Origin: Macrostomum hystrix
Taxonomy: Eukaryota > Animalia > Platyhelminthes
DNA length: 64,000 bases
Assembly (NCBI GenBank): GCA_950097015.1
Contig: CATNEN010000038.1
Span: forward strand, 8,866,001 to 8,930,000
Direction: 5' to 3'
Below, in pieces: positions 45,823 to 57,998 of the stretch. Position numbers and translations under genes: made by a program. The notes beneath the pieces were generated by a model. It did no database searches, was not told the DNA's origin, and saw only the letters and a list, made by a program, of their open reading frames with translations. The number at the start of each line of letters is the position of its first letter. Within the stretch, counting starts at the first letter, position 1.

Positions 45823-48800
45823 TCAGTTTATGTACAGCACAGGCTCATCGTATGGGTCAGTTACCACGTCAGTCGGCTGCTGCTGCTGCTGCTGCTGCGT
45901 CCTGTTGCTAGGGACCAGCTGCTGGGTCACCCGCTCACGCGACGACGCCTGAGCTGTTAGGTAGTCAGTGCAGAGGGTGCAGCGTGTGCTCAGCGTGGCC
46001 AGCGCTGCTGCGGACTGCCCTGTACCGGCCCGCACTGGACGACACATCGTTTGAAAAGACCGCTGCTCAGAGGATCAAGAAGGGCGGTTTTACGATTGAG
46101 TAAAAATATATTTGTGGCAATTTACACCTTCGAGGGCCAACCTCCAAGGCACAGTGAGGGTGTACACTGCCTGACGATGAGAAAGTGTGCTGTGTGTGCT
46201 CAGGAGTCAGCGAAATGGGCAGAATTGTCTCCTCGCTGGTTGCAGGTCTAGTGTCACCAAATAATGAGCTATTGCCGGCAGCCCCCTGAAAAATTATACT
46301 TATTAATTTTATTTTACAGGAAACTATCGTTTGCAGTAAACAGTTTCTGCAGGAGGGGTCGGTGGCAGAGCGGTTATCGCGTTTGCCTCTCGCACCACGG
46401 TCCCTAAGTTCGATTCCACGGCGAGGCCACATTTATTTGGGGCGCAGCCGCGGAGAGAAGGCCTGGGGACTTCTCGTGCAATTTGCGCCTTTGAGGGCCA
46501 ACCTCCAAGGCACAGGTAAATGTACACTGCCTGACGATGAGAAAGTCAGGGCAGATGTACACACCTGTGTGAGCGTATGCCTGCGTACAGTATCTGCGTA
46601 CGTGTGTGCTCTGGAGTCAGCGAAATGGGCGGAATTGCCTCCTCGCTGGCTGCGGGTCTAGTGTCACTAAATGATGTGCCATTGCCCGCAGCCCTCCTGC
46701 AATTATTATTATTATAATTATTAAACAGTTTCTGCAATCTAACAACTCAAAACTTAGCAAAGTGTAATTCTGAAGAATGTCTGTAAAAAAAGTTGCTAAC
46801 TTACGCAGCTGAGCGCTAGTCCAACCGCCGTGAGAGCTACCACAACTAGGGAGGCCACGCACACAATAGTGACTGTGCCTTGAGCTGGTACTTGATGAGA
46901 TGGCGGAGCTGACAATATCGTTTTAGTTGGATTGTACATGCGACGATCGATAAGCGATGATAAATTACTAACTCAAGTTGAGCACTAGCACAGCAGAGTT
47001 TCTGATGCGCCACATGTTAATTTTCATTGCATTTTAAAATACAAGCCTTTGGAGACTGTGTCTAATCGCTTACCTGCGGAAGTATCGCTGGTTTGCAGTT
47101 GAATTCGACGGTGCAATCTGAACAGGCCGTGATAATTGCTACTCTCATATTCGAAACTCTGAATGGCACTGCATTCAACGATCACTGAAGCAACTCCAAT
47201 ATCAGCCGGATGGGGATCTTTGTCTTCAATGATCAGGTGCGACAGCCACATGGATTCCATGACCCCGCTGGTGTTCGGCCGCGTGACAGATTTTGACAGG
47301 CTGACGTTGCGCTGTCCACCCTGTCATCGAGGTTTTCAATCGGTGGTCAGTCTCTCTATGTGGTTTTTTGCGAGGACCACTAGGAGTAGAAGGAAGTTTA
47401 GGAGGCTGGTTTGCTCCGTAAATACACTACGGAGATAAGAAATTTTCATTTCTTCAGCACAAATTGAGTGTCTGTGTTTAATTCAAAGGCTCATCTTTTT
47501 AAATTAGTTTTCGTACTTTTAGCTGCCTACTTTAAGAATGACCATATGGATAAAAAAATTCGCCCTTTACTATGAACTAACTTTGAAAGCCGTCCGACGT
47601 CAACATCGTTGAGATACTCAGCGATTGTTGTCCAAGACCGTGGTGACAACCAACATGGCTATATAAACTCATGTGGTTAAATCCATATTCATTAAAAAGT
47701 AAATCTAACGATATAAAATACGATTGCTTATTTAATCGTTAAAAATGGTACTATTCTGAGCCGGGAATGTGTTGTCTATGGTAATTTTTGGTGAGATTAT
47801 TTGACAAAAACTAGGATATTATATCATATAATCTTCTCGAAATAAGGAGCATTATATGGAACATTGAAGTGAACTTTGAATTCGGCTTTTACGTTTTGCC
47901 ACCACTGACTGACTGGCTGCTTCGTGACTGCAGTATATTCGTGAGATCTAATTCTTCGTTGTTTTGTCTATGGTCGGAATCAAATGGTCTAAACCAGGGG
48001 TCGGCAAACTCCGGCCCGCGGGCCAGATGCGGCCCTCGAAGCTCCCGAATCCGGCCCGTTGCCCCTTCTGACATCTACAGTGTCCTGTTTCATCTCTCTC
48101 GTGTCTAATCTCTCCCGTGTCTAATCTCTCCTGTGTCTCATCTCTCCCGTGTCTAATCTCTCCTGTGTCTCATCGCTCTCGTGTCTAATCTCTCCCGTGT
48201 CTATCTCTCCCCTGTCTTATCTCTCCCGTGTCTCATCGTGTCTAATCTCTCCCGTGTCTTATCTCTCCCGTGTCTCATCGTGTCTCATCGCTCTCGTGTC
48301 TAATCTCTCCCGTGTCTAATCTCTCCCCTGTCTTATCTCTCCCGTGTCTTATCTCTCCCGTGTCTAATCTCTCCCGTGTCTAATCTCTCCCCTGTCTTAT
48401 CTCTCCCGTGTCTAATCTCTCCCGTGTCTCATCTCTCCCCTATCTCATATTTATACAGTCAATGCGGCCCGCTGTCGTCTTTTAGGTTCTCTCTTTGGCC
48501 CGCCAGCAAATAAGTTTGCCTACCCCTGGTCTAAACCTATGTGTCTATCAATCAGATGGGATGCCCCCGAAAATAAGCAATCGAATTTCATATATGATAA
48601 ACGCCGTTTAATTCATCATAGTCTATGGTTAGAATATCCTCGGCTGCAATCAATGGTCCTCGAGACCATTAAACGCAGCCCCGGACATTCTAACCACAGA
48701 ATGTGAATTAAACGGCGTTTATATTATTTACATAATCAACGTCAATAGCCTTAATAGTTCCATGATGAAGCTAGCATATTGTTTTCCCATTCTCTGATCA

Positions 48801-51800
48801 ATGATGAGGTTAATTGATATGTATATATTCCATAATTTCTCTCGATAAGTTATTTCTATATTCGTTAAAGGTTTTTTTCAGTTTTATAAAGAAAAGAGCT
48901 TTGGATCTACTTCGGAAAAAAAACTTGACTCTCTTGCCTCTTTTTTAATTAAAAAAATAGACAGTTTTTTATCTCCGCATTTTTCGGCGACAAACACACT
49001 CCAGAAAGGTTTTAAAAGAAATGTAGCTTTCCATCTTTCGGTCCTTGGTTTTCGTTTGACAACCAATCTGAGTGACGAACTCACTCAGACTAATTACTGA
49101 TAGGTTTTTGCTTGGCGCGCATAGATTCTGCGTACTGACTGTTCAGTCCATGGACTGTGGGGCCTTATAGCTAATGATTGTATCTATTTGACAGCGATTT
49201 GAGCTGAATTCTAACTTAACTCGAAGCCCAACGTGTAATGAAAGGTTGAAACTCAGGTTAAACCTGCCTTTTCTCTCCTGTTGATCACGGCAGTGCACAC
49301 GTGGCTGGGAGTTGGGTTGGCGCTAGACGAGGTGAAGCTGATTTCCAGCTTCACGAACATCTTCCTCTGCGCCTCACCGACTGGGCTGTCATTTGAGCTC
49401 TGGTCAATGAGCGTTCTATGAATTGCGTAGTCAATCTTCAGGTGTTTCGGTCCGTCTGAATATGAAAAACAATCAGGTTGATACAAGAGGGTTAGGAAAG
49501 GTTTCAATGATGGTACGAGCTATTTAAATAATTTGCAGGAGGGCTCTGGGCACTGGCACACCACTAGGTGACACCTACCGGGTACGCAAAAAGTATCCGG
49601 ACATAATCTTGTTGGCTATGCTTTCCGAGAGCTTGACATACTCCGGCAATTAAGAAAAGTAGCTAGTTAGTAAATAGTTTTATTAGTGCAATATCATGAG
49701 CCGGGCCAAGCTTTAGGATTAAATACTATAACACCCCCCTGAAATCGTTGTCTATGGCCTAGGAACGGTTTCTTACTGCCAAGAAACGCGTCCTCAGCCT
49801 TTCCTATAGGCCAAAGAAACGAAATCAGGGGGGGGGGTATTATTCTATACTTAATCCCCAGCTTGGCCCGGCCTATCGGCTATTAATTCTGTGTATTTAT
49901 TATTTAACTGGCCTAAGCCAGTCATTGACATATAACCAAGTGTGCGTAAATGTCTCAAGCTCGTGTATAGTTTATGGCCCAAAGGCCATCAAAGAAATGG
50001 ATTGTAGTGTGCAGTAAATTCCGCAACTGTGCGGTAAATGTGCGGCTACTTGATCTCCGTGCCATCCCTCTTCTGAGCTACTATGCAGTAAATCCCAGAC
50101 GGGTATTGTCTATGGGCCGAAGGAGCTGGTCTTGCGCACACACACTTGGTCATAAATCAATGCACTTATGCTAGGCTTCCTAGTGCGTAAATCTACCATT
50201 TAACGGCCTAGGCCGATTAAACATATAGTCTATGGTCACAGTTGCTGTAAACAGTTTTAGTAGTGCAATCTCGTGAGCCGGGCCAAGCTTTAGGATCAAA
50301 TACTATAATACCCCCCTGAAATCGTTGTCTATGGCGTAGGAACGAAATCAGGGGGGTATTATTCTATACTTCTGTCACCCCAAGTTGTCACAATATCTGG
50401 TGAGCTATTCCTTGGATCTCAAGAAGCGTGTCGCTATACCGACTTGACTTCTAGATTGAGCGTCTTGAGAAGGTGATTGCCCAAGGAGGTTCTCCAATCG
50501 TGGATTAAATCAAGTCTGGCATGCAGAGCCGCTTGTTGGAACCATTTGAGCAGCACATGGCAGCAAGTGGGCCAGGTGATTGATTCGAGGAAGTCTGACG
50601 ATCTTGAACTCTGTTAGAAAAAGCGACCGCTTCTTTAAATTAAGTTACACTTTTGTTGCTCAATACCCGCGGTACGTTTCTCTTGTTCGCATCGCATTTT
50701 AGAACAAATTCGTTTTTACGTTATTAAATGGAACACGAGCTTGAAACTTCACGATTCACGTCGTCTACCCTTAATTAAGCCATTATCACCTTTCCAGGTG
50801 AAAATAGACCGACCTGTTGAATTGGCCACTTTGCTGAAAAACGAGCTACGACAATTTGTTGTATTGAGTTGCGATGTGAAAATTCATGGATTTAGGACCA
50901 ACACGTGCATGTTTATCTGTCCTTCTCTGCAACGCATGCAAGTGTCCGGATACTTTTTGCGCACCCGGTATGGTGACAGTAGACCCACAGCCAGCCCATT
51001 CCGCTGAACATTGTACACTCTGATCGTGCATTTAATTTTGGTGCTCCAAGTTGCAAATTGATGTCCCCCAAATTAAATGTGGCCCCACCTGGCCCCGGGC
51101 TAAGCTTTATCATGCAGAGACAGAGCACTCACAGAGCACGCGCACCAGCACTGTAGAATCGAAGTCCTTGAACGGATGCCGACACGTGTAGGAGCCAGCT
51201 TGCTGAGGCTCCACCGAGGCCTCGGACAGCAATAAGCCCTGATCGCAGAGCCATCCCCTCGGTGTACTTCTGCTTTTAGTCTGTCTATCCGTGTGCGTCA
51301 AACAGTTTTCCCGGCTTCGCTTCGAGGACAAGCGAAGGTTTTCTTCGCAAGCGGCGCACCTGACGGTCAGCTGCTGACCTTGCACGACTATCCGAGCAGA
51401 AGCAGAAACTGCGGGAAAAAAACGAAAGTCCTTTCTCTGATATTAATTATAAAAATGCAATCTAATTAATTAATACTCCATCTGAAATCATTGAATTATG
51501 GATTATTATTGAATCATTGAAGCAATCTTGCTTGTTCTTGTCGCAATGGTTTTCGACTAAAATCGACGATGTTGTCGTCGGACGGCTTTGAAAGATAGCT
51601 CCTCGTAAATGGCGGATAAATGGCGGATATTGTTGATCCAAATGGTTGACTTTCACGAAAATCGGTTATTTTTAGGAGCTATCGTGAAGTTGGCAGTGGG
51701 TTTCTTATATACCTTCGTGGTCTTTCCCCAGGAGGAAAAATAGCGTGGGCTTTCTGCTGTAAAGCATTGTTAGCAAACGCTTCAGAGACCGTCCCTCGCG

Positions 51801-54800
51801 TATCGTGAGGCTGTGCGGGCGCGTTTATAAATTCACCTGCACGAGGCGGGGGTGGGTGGATGAGAGAAAGAAAGGAGAGAGAAAGGCTGACAAATCACGC
51901 GCCGACCCGGTCACAAGAGCGTTTTGCGTCAGCCGAATGGGATAGGGGGTCAGGGCGTTAGCCACGCAGGACTAGAAGGGTGGGCGAGATAGTCATCAAC
52001 CAATCAGAGAAATCCGCATCAGCGTGGACAGAGGGGTCGGGAGGGCACAGTGCGCAATTAGACGGGACAGGCAGGGGCAAAAGAACGTTAAAAATATTGT
52101 GGACAAAACAATGTTGCAACGTATGTGTTTGATTTTGTGATGTAAAGGAGGCAAAATGATCCATTACCATAGAACGCCTGCCTCAAGATGAGATCAGCGA
52201 AGCTCATGTAACGGTCGTAGGAATTTTCACCGCTGATTCTCTTTAGTAGAAGCAAAGTGCGCACCTGTTCAGATGAATGGGAGGGTGGGTTGGGGTTGCA
52301 AGACTAGTGTAGTGCATTGTGACCTTGGCCTCACTCGTTGGCCCTAAATCCGTAAGCTCACTAGCATTCCATCGGGCTCCTTGCACCTGAAGTCCGCAGT
52401 CAGCAGCTGGCTGGGGGGCAGCATAGTGGTGCACAGTTTCCACCTTCCACTGTCGGATCCGTTATCTTCGACTATTGACGGTAGTACGGACGGTAGTACG
52501 GAAGAGCAGTGATCGCTGCCGAAGTCTAAATCAGCCGTGGACACCAGCACGTCGATGAAGCCATGGGCCGCCGAATCTAAGCTTGTATTTTTTCTAGTAT
52601 CAGCCAACATCTGGATGTGGCGTACCTCTGATGATGTGAATAGAACACTCATTATCGATGGTCTCCGATCCCTGATCTCCGATCCCTGATCTCCGATCCC
52701 TGATCTCCGATCCCTGATCTCCGATCCCTGATCTCCGATCCCTGATCTCCGATCCCTGATCTCCGATCCCTGATCTCCGATCCCTGATCTCCGATCCCTG
52801 ATCTCCGATCCCTGATCTCCGATCCCTGATCTCCGATCCCTGATCTCCGATCCCTGATCTCCGATCCCTGATCTCCGATCCCTGATCTCCGATCCCTGAT
52901 CTCCGATCCCTGATCTCCGATCCCTGATCTCCGATCCCTGATCTCCGATCCCTGATCTCCGATCCCTGATCTCCGATCCCTGATCTCCGATCCCTGATCT
53001 CCGATCCCTGATCTCCGATCCCTGATCTCCGATCCCTGATCTCCGATCCCTGATCTCCGATCCCTGATCTCCGATCCCTGATCTCCGATCCCTGATCTCC
53101 GATCCCTGATCTCCGATCCCTGTTTGGAGTAACAATTAAGTTACTGCTGACTGCAAATGAACTCAGTAATCAATATATTATTTGGCAAAGAACAGGTTTG
53201 ATAAGAGGGCCGAGTGGCCGTATTTGAATTCGGCCACCGAATCACCGAATGCTCTAGGAATTAGAGATAAGCTATCGCCAACTCCAAACCAACCGTTACT
53301 AATTAGACTGACCTATTCAAGCATTTTGCTCGCCTGCTTTGGCCAAGATAAAATATTTGAGCTGACAGTTCGTCAATTTTTACTGTAGATTAGAAAAAAT
53401 CAAAAGAAATACAAGCACCTGCTTAAACAGATTCTATAGGTACCAACTGAACCAATGAAGTCTGCTAAGCATCTGGTGAAGGCCGCTCTGGCTGGCACCA
53501 ATGCCCACGGTCTGGCGCGCCTCGTCAACGAGAAGCTGCTCTACATCCGCGTCTTCTGGCTGCTCGCCTGGCTGGTCAGCTGTGGCCTCTTCCTGCGCCA
53601 GTTCATCGGCTTCTCCGTCAAGTTGCTTGACAACAAGGTCACGACACAATTCCAAGCCAGCGCACTGCCATTCGAATTTCCCGACTTGTACCTGTGCCAC
53701 GACAGTCCCATGTCTGGCAGTCGGCATCTAGTACTCAATGAAAGCATGGCTAGCTTTCTGAACGACACATTTGATTTTGTGACGGAGAAGTTGGACAGCC
53801 TGTGCGACAAGATTTCAGCAGCGGAGTGTAACTACCTCTACGAAAACGAACTGCCGATGATGAAGATAAGCAGCATGCCATATTCATTCTTGGCCGACCA
53901 ACTTGGCCAAGTCTACAGGCAGACAATTATAAATGCATCCATAGTACATAGCAACGGGATATTCCACCAGTACCAGAATCTGCGTGTCACCGAGTTCTAT
54001 CATCCGAGCAGTCTTCGCTGCTTTCTGATATCGCTAAACAGCTCCCAGCGCGAGCTGATGAGCGGGCCAAACAAATCGATCTACCTTCAACTGATGATGG
54101 ACGCGGCAGATTCTCGAATGGGGTCCTCAGCTCTGCCTGCCTTGGAGACACCTGTCGGCAAGGTTACCGCTCCGTACTGGGCGCTGGACAAGGAGGCACT
54201 CTACTGGCCGGACCGGTGGACCGCCCTCTCTATGTACGTCACTCAGCCGGGACACTTTCCTAGCACGTTCGACTCTTCACTCACGCTGGAGGCCGGCAGA
54301 AGCTACAGTGTGCAGCTGACTATGTCGGAGCAGGTGCACAAGGAGGACTCAACGCGGTGTATCGAGCAGCATCCAGACGTTCAGATTCTGAACCCGTACG
54401 ATGGAACAGACTACACTTTCGCCTATGATTACGCTTACTGTTACAATAGTGCGATTCAGGAACAGTTTCTGCGCATTTTCAATGCAACCTGCGCGTTCCT
54501 GCCACAACCCTGGCCTCGATTGAGTGACCGGTCAATCTACAACTTATCCAGCGGCTGGGGCAGTCACCAGGATGTCGGCAGCTTCATTGTCGGTCGATCG
54601 AGTCTGGACCAAGAAGAGCCTGTCAGGAGGTGTGCTATCCAGCGTCGATGCACGGAGCGCAGCTACTCTGCAACTGCCAGTAGCGTCAGCTGGCCGTCAG
54701 CGGACTCGCTCAAGAGCTTTCTGCGCGACCTGGACTTTCCCAGCGACTCGGAGCTGAAGGCCCTTCCAGGCCTGGCCTACCTGAGCCGCCTGATAAACGA

Positions 54801-56436
54801 CTCAAACTCCAGCCAGCTGGCGACAGACTTCGTGCGCTCCAACTTTCTTCAGCTGCAGCTGACGGTCGGTAGCCAGTTCGCAGATCGAACCACCTACGTG
54901 CAAGCCTACAGCTTCGAGAGCTACGTGGCCGATGTGGGCGGCATTCTTGGAATCTATCTGGGCATGTCGGTTCTAACAGTGTGCGAGCTGATGCAGTTCT
55001 TTCACGACCTCGTTCAATTGTGTGCCAACAGCGACTCCAAGAAGGTGCGAAGCGGCGCGGATCTGCACGACCTACAGGGTGCAGCCTGCAACCAACAGGC
55101 GCTGAACGATGAATCGTCAACTGGCCTGCCGGAGAGACTGCAGACTGAATTTTAAACTATTGAGCAATTACCAGACATCATTGAGCAAAACATTCTAAAA
55201 CGAGTACAAAAATCTATCGTTATTCGTTGCAGAGCACATTTGAGACTCAAGTCCCTTGATCGTCATGAGTTACTAGGCGCATATCTAGTTTTGCCTGTAC
55301 AAAGGGCTGTTCATTTGTAGCTTAACTTCATACTGTCACAAGATGATGCGTCACCGACCTGAACCTCAGACCTTTAAACATTAGCACAGCTATGCTGACA
55401 TTATCAACCCCACCTTCCCCAAGCCCATGAACAGCTGCTGTACGCAGCCTTCAGATGCGCCACGCGATAGCTGCATATGGCCCAGTAGGGGCAGGTGTTA
55501 TTAATTTTCATTTTTTATTATTAGTACTGCTGGGATTGAGTGACAGCGGTCTAACGCGTTGGCCTCTCGCACCAAGGTCCCTGAGCTCGCCCTGAGTGGC
55601 GAGGCCACATTTATTTTGGGCGCAGTCGCGGAGAGAAGGCTTGGGGGTTTGTCGTGTAATTTTCGCCCTTAAGGGCCAACCTCCAAGGCACAGTGAGAGT
55701 GTTCACTGCCTGACGATGAGAAAGTCAGGGCAGATGTACACACCTGTGCGAGCGAGTGCCTGCGTACAGTATCTGTGTGCGTACGTGCTCAGGAGTCAAC
55801 GGAACGGGCAGAATTGCCTCCTGGCTGGCTGTTGGTTATTTATTACCTGCTAGTAAATGTACATGTGGGGTAAGACAGCGACTCCGACTATCACAGTGCC
55901 ACTATAACTAGGCCACTATGAAGTCAAATGCGATCGTTGCACTGTTGAAGCTAAGGTCGAGATCTAGACTCACCGAAGCGGGCGGTGATTCTCTGCAGCA
56001 GAATGGGGACAGGCAGCTTGATGACCAGCCAGAGGTGCGTGTTGAAGCTGGCTGCATAGCCAGTGTGGAACCAGTAGCTCTGGCTGTCACCGCCTCTGCC
56101 ACTCTGTTCAACTCGTCTGTCCCACAGGCAGGTGCCGAGCATGGCGTCCGATTGCCAGGTGATGACGTCATTCAACTGGCGTCTGATTGATATTCCCCCT
56201 GCATCCGAACCATATTTTCGCATACGAAGCAGTGTCTTTGAGTTTGAAGCGTGATTCCAAATATTTTATTCGACAAAAGTTTACTTTCGGGTTTTAATTT
56301 TTAACTCACCGCATTCTTGGAAATTGCCGTTTAAATCCTTGCGAGGAGCGAAGTACTCATGCTCACTGCTGACTGCGTGACCAGTTGAATTAGCGAGGAC
56401 CAGAATTGTCAGAAATTTGAATACTGAAGTTGCCAT
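45823..56436 (-). CDS. Orphan type-I receptor: signal peptide, F-type-lectin-like domain, Ig domain, second Ig-like region, TM, tail with YDEP and YIN motifs
   Basis: Phase-consistent exons 56436-56310, 56198-55974, 52627(or 52576)-52362, 52264-52168, 51408-51133, 49455-49268 (GC donor), 47320-47074, 46908-46805 and 46062-45823. Signal peptide MATSVFKFLTILVLANSTGHA. Lectin-like exons align with the 36276-40258 gene (WFHTGY..HLWLVIKL; IDVLVSTADLDFGSDHC; YMSFADL). Ig motifs: LTVRC...QAGSYTC...VRVLYGP. TM VTIVCVASLVVVALTAVGLAL. Confidence 0.72.
46110..46722 (+). mobile_element. Two tandem SINE family B copies (partial 46110-46300; full 46355-46722)
   Basis: Colinear with 14935-15282. Confidence 0.85.
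47995..48528 (+). mobile_element. hAT MITE, same family as 20310 and 21949
   Basis: Same TIRs; 8-bp TSD GTCTAAAC; non-satellite parts nearly identical to 21949-22483. Confidence 0.92.
48597..48722. mobile_element. ~125-bp palindromic MITE
   Basis: ATAAACGCCGTTTAATTCA...TGAATTAAACGGCGTTTAT with nested internal stems. Confidence 0.7.
49578..50968 (+). mobile_element. Decayed Tc1/mariner element inserted in a SINE B, itself carrying palindromic MITEs (49698-49872, partial 50275-50372)
   Basis: TA-flanked TIRs CCGGGT.CGCAAAAAGTATCCGGACA; a frameshifted ...ACRAA..NH/FEQH remnant near 50520-50560; SINE B halves on both flanks. Confidence 0.75.
52663..53121. repeat. Perfect 14-bp satellite (TCTCCGATCCCTGA), about 33 copies
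   Basis: Direct reading; no variant units seen. Confidence 0.95.
53455..55155 (+). CDS. DEG/ENaC (amiloride-sensitive / FaNaC-like) channel subunit, intronless, nested antisense in an intron
   Basis: 566-aa ORF with the N-terminal T.AHGL motif, TM1 (IRVFWLLAWLVSCGLF), FPDLYLC, and TM2 VADVGGILGIYLGMSVLTVCE (GxS filter). Confidence 0.93.
   Translation: MKSAKHLVKAALAGTNAHGLARLVNEKLLYIRVFWLLAWLVSCGLFLRQFIGFSVKLLDNKVTTQFQASALPFEFPDLYLCHDSPMSGSRHLVLNESMASFLNDTFDFVTEKLDSLCDKISAAECNYLYENELPMMKISSMPYSFLADQLGQVYRQTIINASIVHSNGIFHQYQNLRVTEFYHPSSLRCFLISLNSSQRELMSGPNKSIYLQLMMDAADSRMGSSALPALETPVGKVTAPYWALDKEALYWPDRWTALSMYVTQPGHFPSTFDSSLTLEAGRSYSVQLTMSEQVHKEDSTRCIEQHPDVQILNPYDGTDYTFAYDYAYCYNSAIQEQFLRIFNATCAFLPQPWPRLSDRSIYNLSSGWGSHQDVGSFIVGRSSLDQEEPVRRCAIQRRCTERSYSATASSVSWPSADSLKSFLRDLDFPSDSELKALPGLAYLSRLINDSNSSQLATDFVRSNFLQLQLTVGSQFADRTTYVQAYSFESYVADVGGILGIYLGMSVLTVCELMQFFHDLVQLCANSDSKKVRSGADLHDLQGAACNQQALNDESSTGLPERLQTEF
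55535..55850 (+). mobile_element. SINE family B copy
   Basis: Colinear with 14935-15282. Confidence 0.8.
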
Positions 56437-57394
56437 CTCTGCATGTAGTTGGCGGTGTAAAATGCTAAATTCATTTAAACATATACTTTATAAGCTTCAG
56501 CATCAGCACTTCAATCTATAATGTTATCCGCATTCTGCAACACACAAAGCCGAAACTATTGATGTTAAAATGAATTGCAGTGGTCAGAAGGCATGCATCC
56601 AACACTTTGAAAATATTGCAAACACTGCCATTGGCAAAAAATATGGTCTTTAAATCATGCAAACCACTTATATAAATAACCTTTATTTATGTTACCTTTT
56701 ACGTTGGGCAAAACAAATGTAGTAATGGGTGATGCTGTCAGTTTTTATTAGCTATCTAAAATTGCATTGAATTTTAATGATGGGGCTGCAAGGCAGGCCG
56801 AGGCATTACTTCGTACGTTAAGGGTTTTATAAAAAAATATTACATTTTTATCAAAACAAATTATTCTGACAAACACAATTCGTTAATAACAGTAGATTAT
56901 AAACATTTTAAACTCGAATCGCTTCAGAAGTTACGAACTCTGCATTCGTGTTTTTCTTTCTTATCAGTTTATTCTTAATAACAAGCACAAGTCATTGCTG
57001 CGATATTTTGCGACGCGCACTGAAAATTGAAGCATCAAGCCGTAAGTTAGCAATATGCTGCATTAATGTATTTCTATACATATCGGAATGCTTATACGAG
57101 CACCTAACTGCTAATCCCACACAAAAATGCAAATAAAGCGTTTGCATAGAGCACCTTAAAAACGGTTGCGCATTTTTTTAATAACATTTATTTATTGCTT
57201 TGTAATATTAGTTCGCACCTGCTTTCGACAAATCGCCACATGTTTTATAGATCTTATATTGTATAATAACTAATAACTGGAATGCAATGAAAAAGAAAAT
57301 TACTATTACCACCCAGTTAATTTGTACAGTCGTTTAGTTCTTTAAAACCAAAACTATTTAGACTGAGGCCAAGACTGTCCAAAACACAAAAAGT

Positions 57395-57465
57395 TGCATC
57401 GGCCGGGAATCGAACCCGGGCCGCCCGCGTGGCAGGCGAGCATTCTACCACTGAACCACCGATGC
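57395..57465 (-). tRNA. tRNA-Gly (GCC)
   Basis: Reverse complement GCATCGGTGGTTCAGTGGTAGAATGCTCGCCTGCCACGCGGGCGGCCCGGGTTCGATTCCCGGCCGATGCA folds into a full cloverleaf; a T5 Pol III terminator lies just downstream. Confidence 0.97.
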
Positions 57466-57804
57466 TTGAATGTTAGTAAGGCCATTGAACATAATAAAGG
57501 CCACCTTGCCAGCTACCGAGATGGCCTAAATCTTAAATGTGATCTCTGTGATTTCAATGTAGCTGTCGCTGTCGCTGTCCCACCACGATGACGGGTCTAG
57601 CTCTTAACGGGTGACTACGAAAGATGTATTCTAGCGAGATACTCAGTGCTTTTCGCATAAAATAAAAATAGACCTTAAAAAATTTTTTTAAGTAAAAAAT
57701 CACGAGTCCTGCCTACTATAGCTAGTAGTATAAGCCCTTGGTTGTAATTACTTTAATTAAGATAAGTACTTGAATCACTTGATTGCTAGTTACTAAATAA
57801 GCCA

Positions 57805-57998
57805 GATGAGGACGCCACACCCTTAATTACATACCCAAGCTGATGCTGGTACCTATTTAGCAGCTAAGTGAACTGAAACAATACAGAGTTAATTATTTTG
57901 CTAAAGCCAAAGGACACAAACTGTTCATGTGGAGTCGGGGAAACGAACCCTCGACCTTCGTGCGTCCGAAGCTCAAACTACGAGTATTGGGCTACAAC
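57805..57998 (-). mobile_element. CORE-type SINE family A copy
   Basis: Colinear with 43640-43823. Confidence 0.7.

Noticed and set aside
46637-46705. GCCTCCTCGCTGGC in SINE B, matching HDV ribozyme P3/L3
   Set aside because: There is no upstream P1 partner, no GG for P1.1 and no proper J4/2; the following bases pair downstream instead.
51712-51836. Possible extra minus-strand exon (AG...GT-bounded open stretch)
   Set aside because: Its end phase is incompatible with the next Ig exon, and the flanking exons already join in frame.
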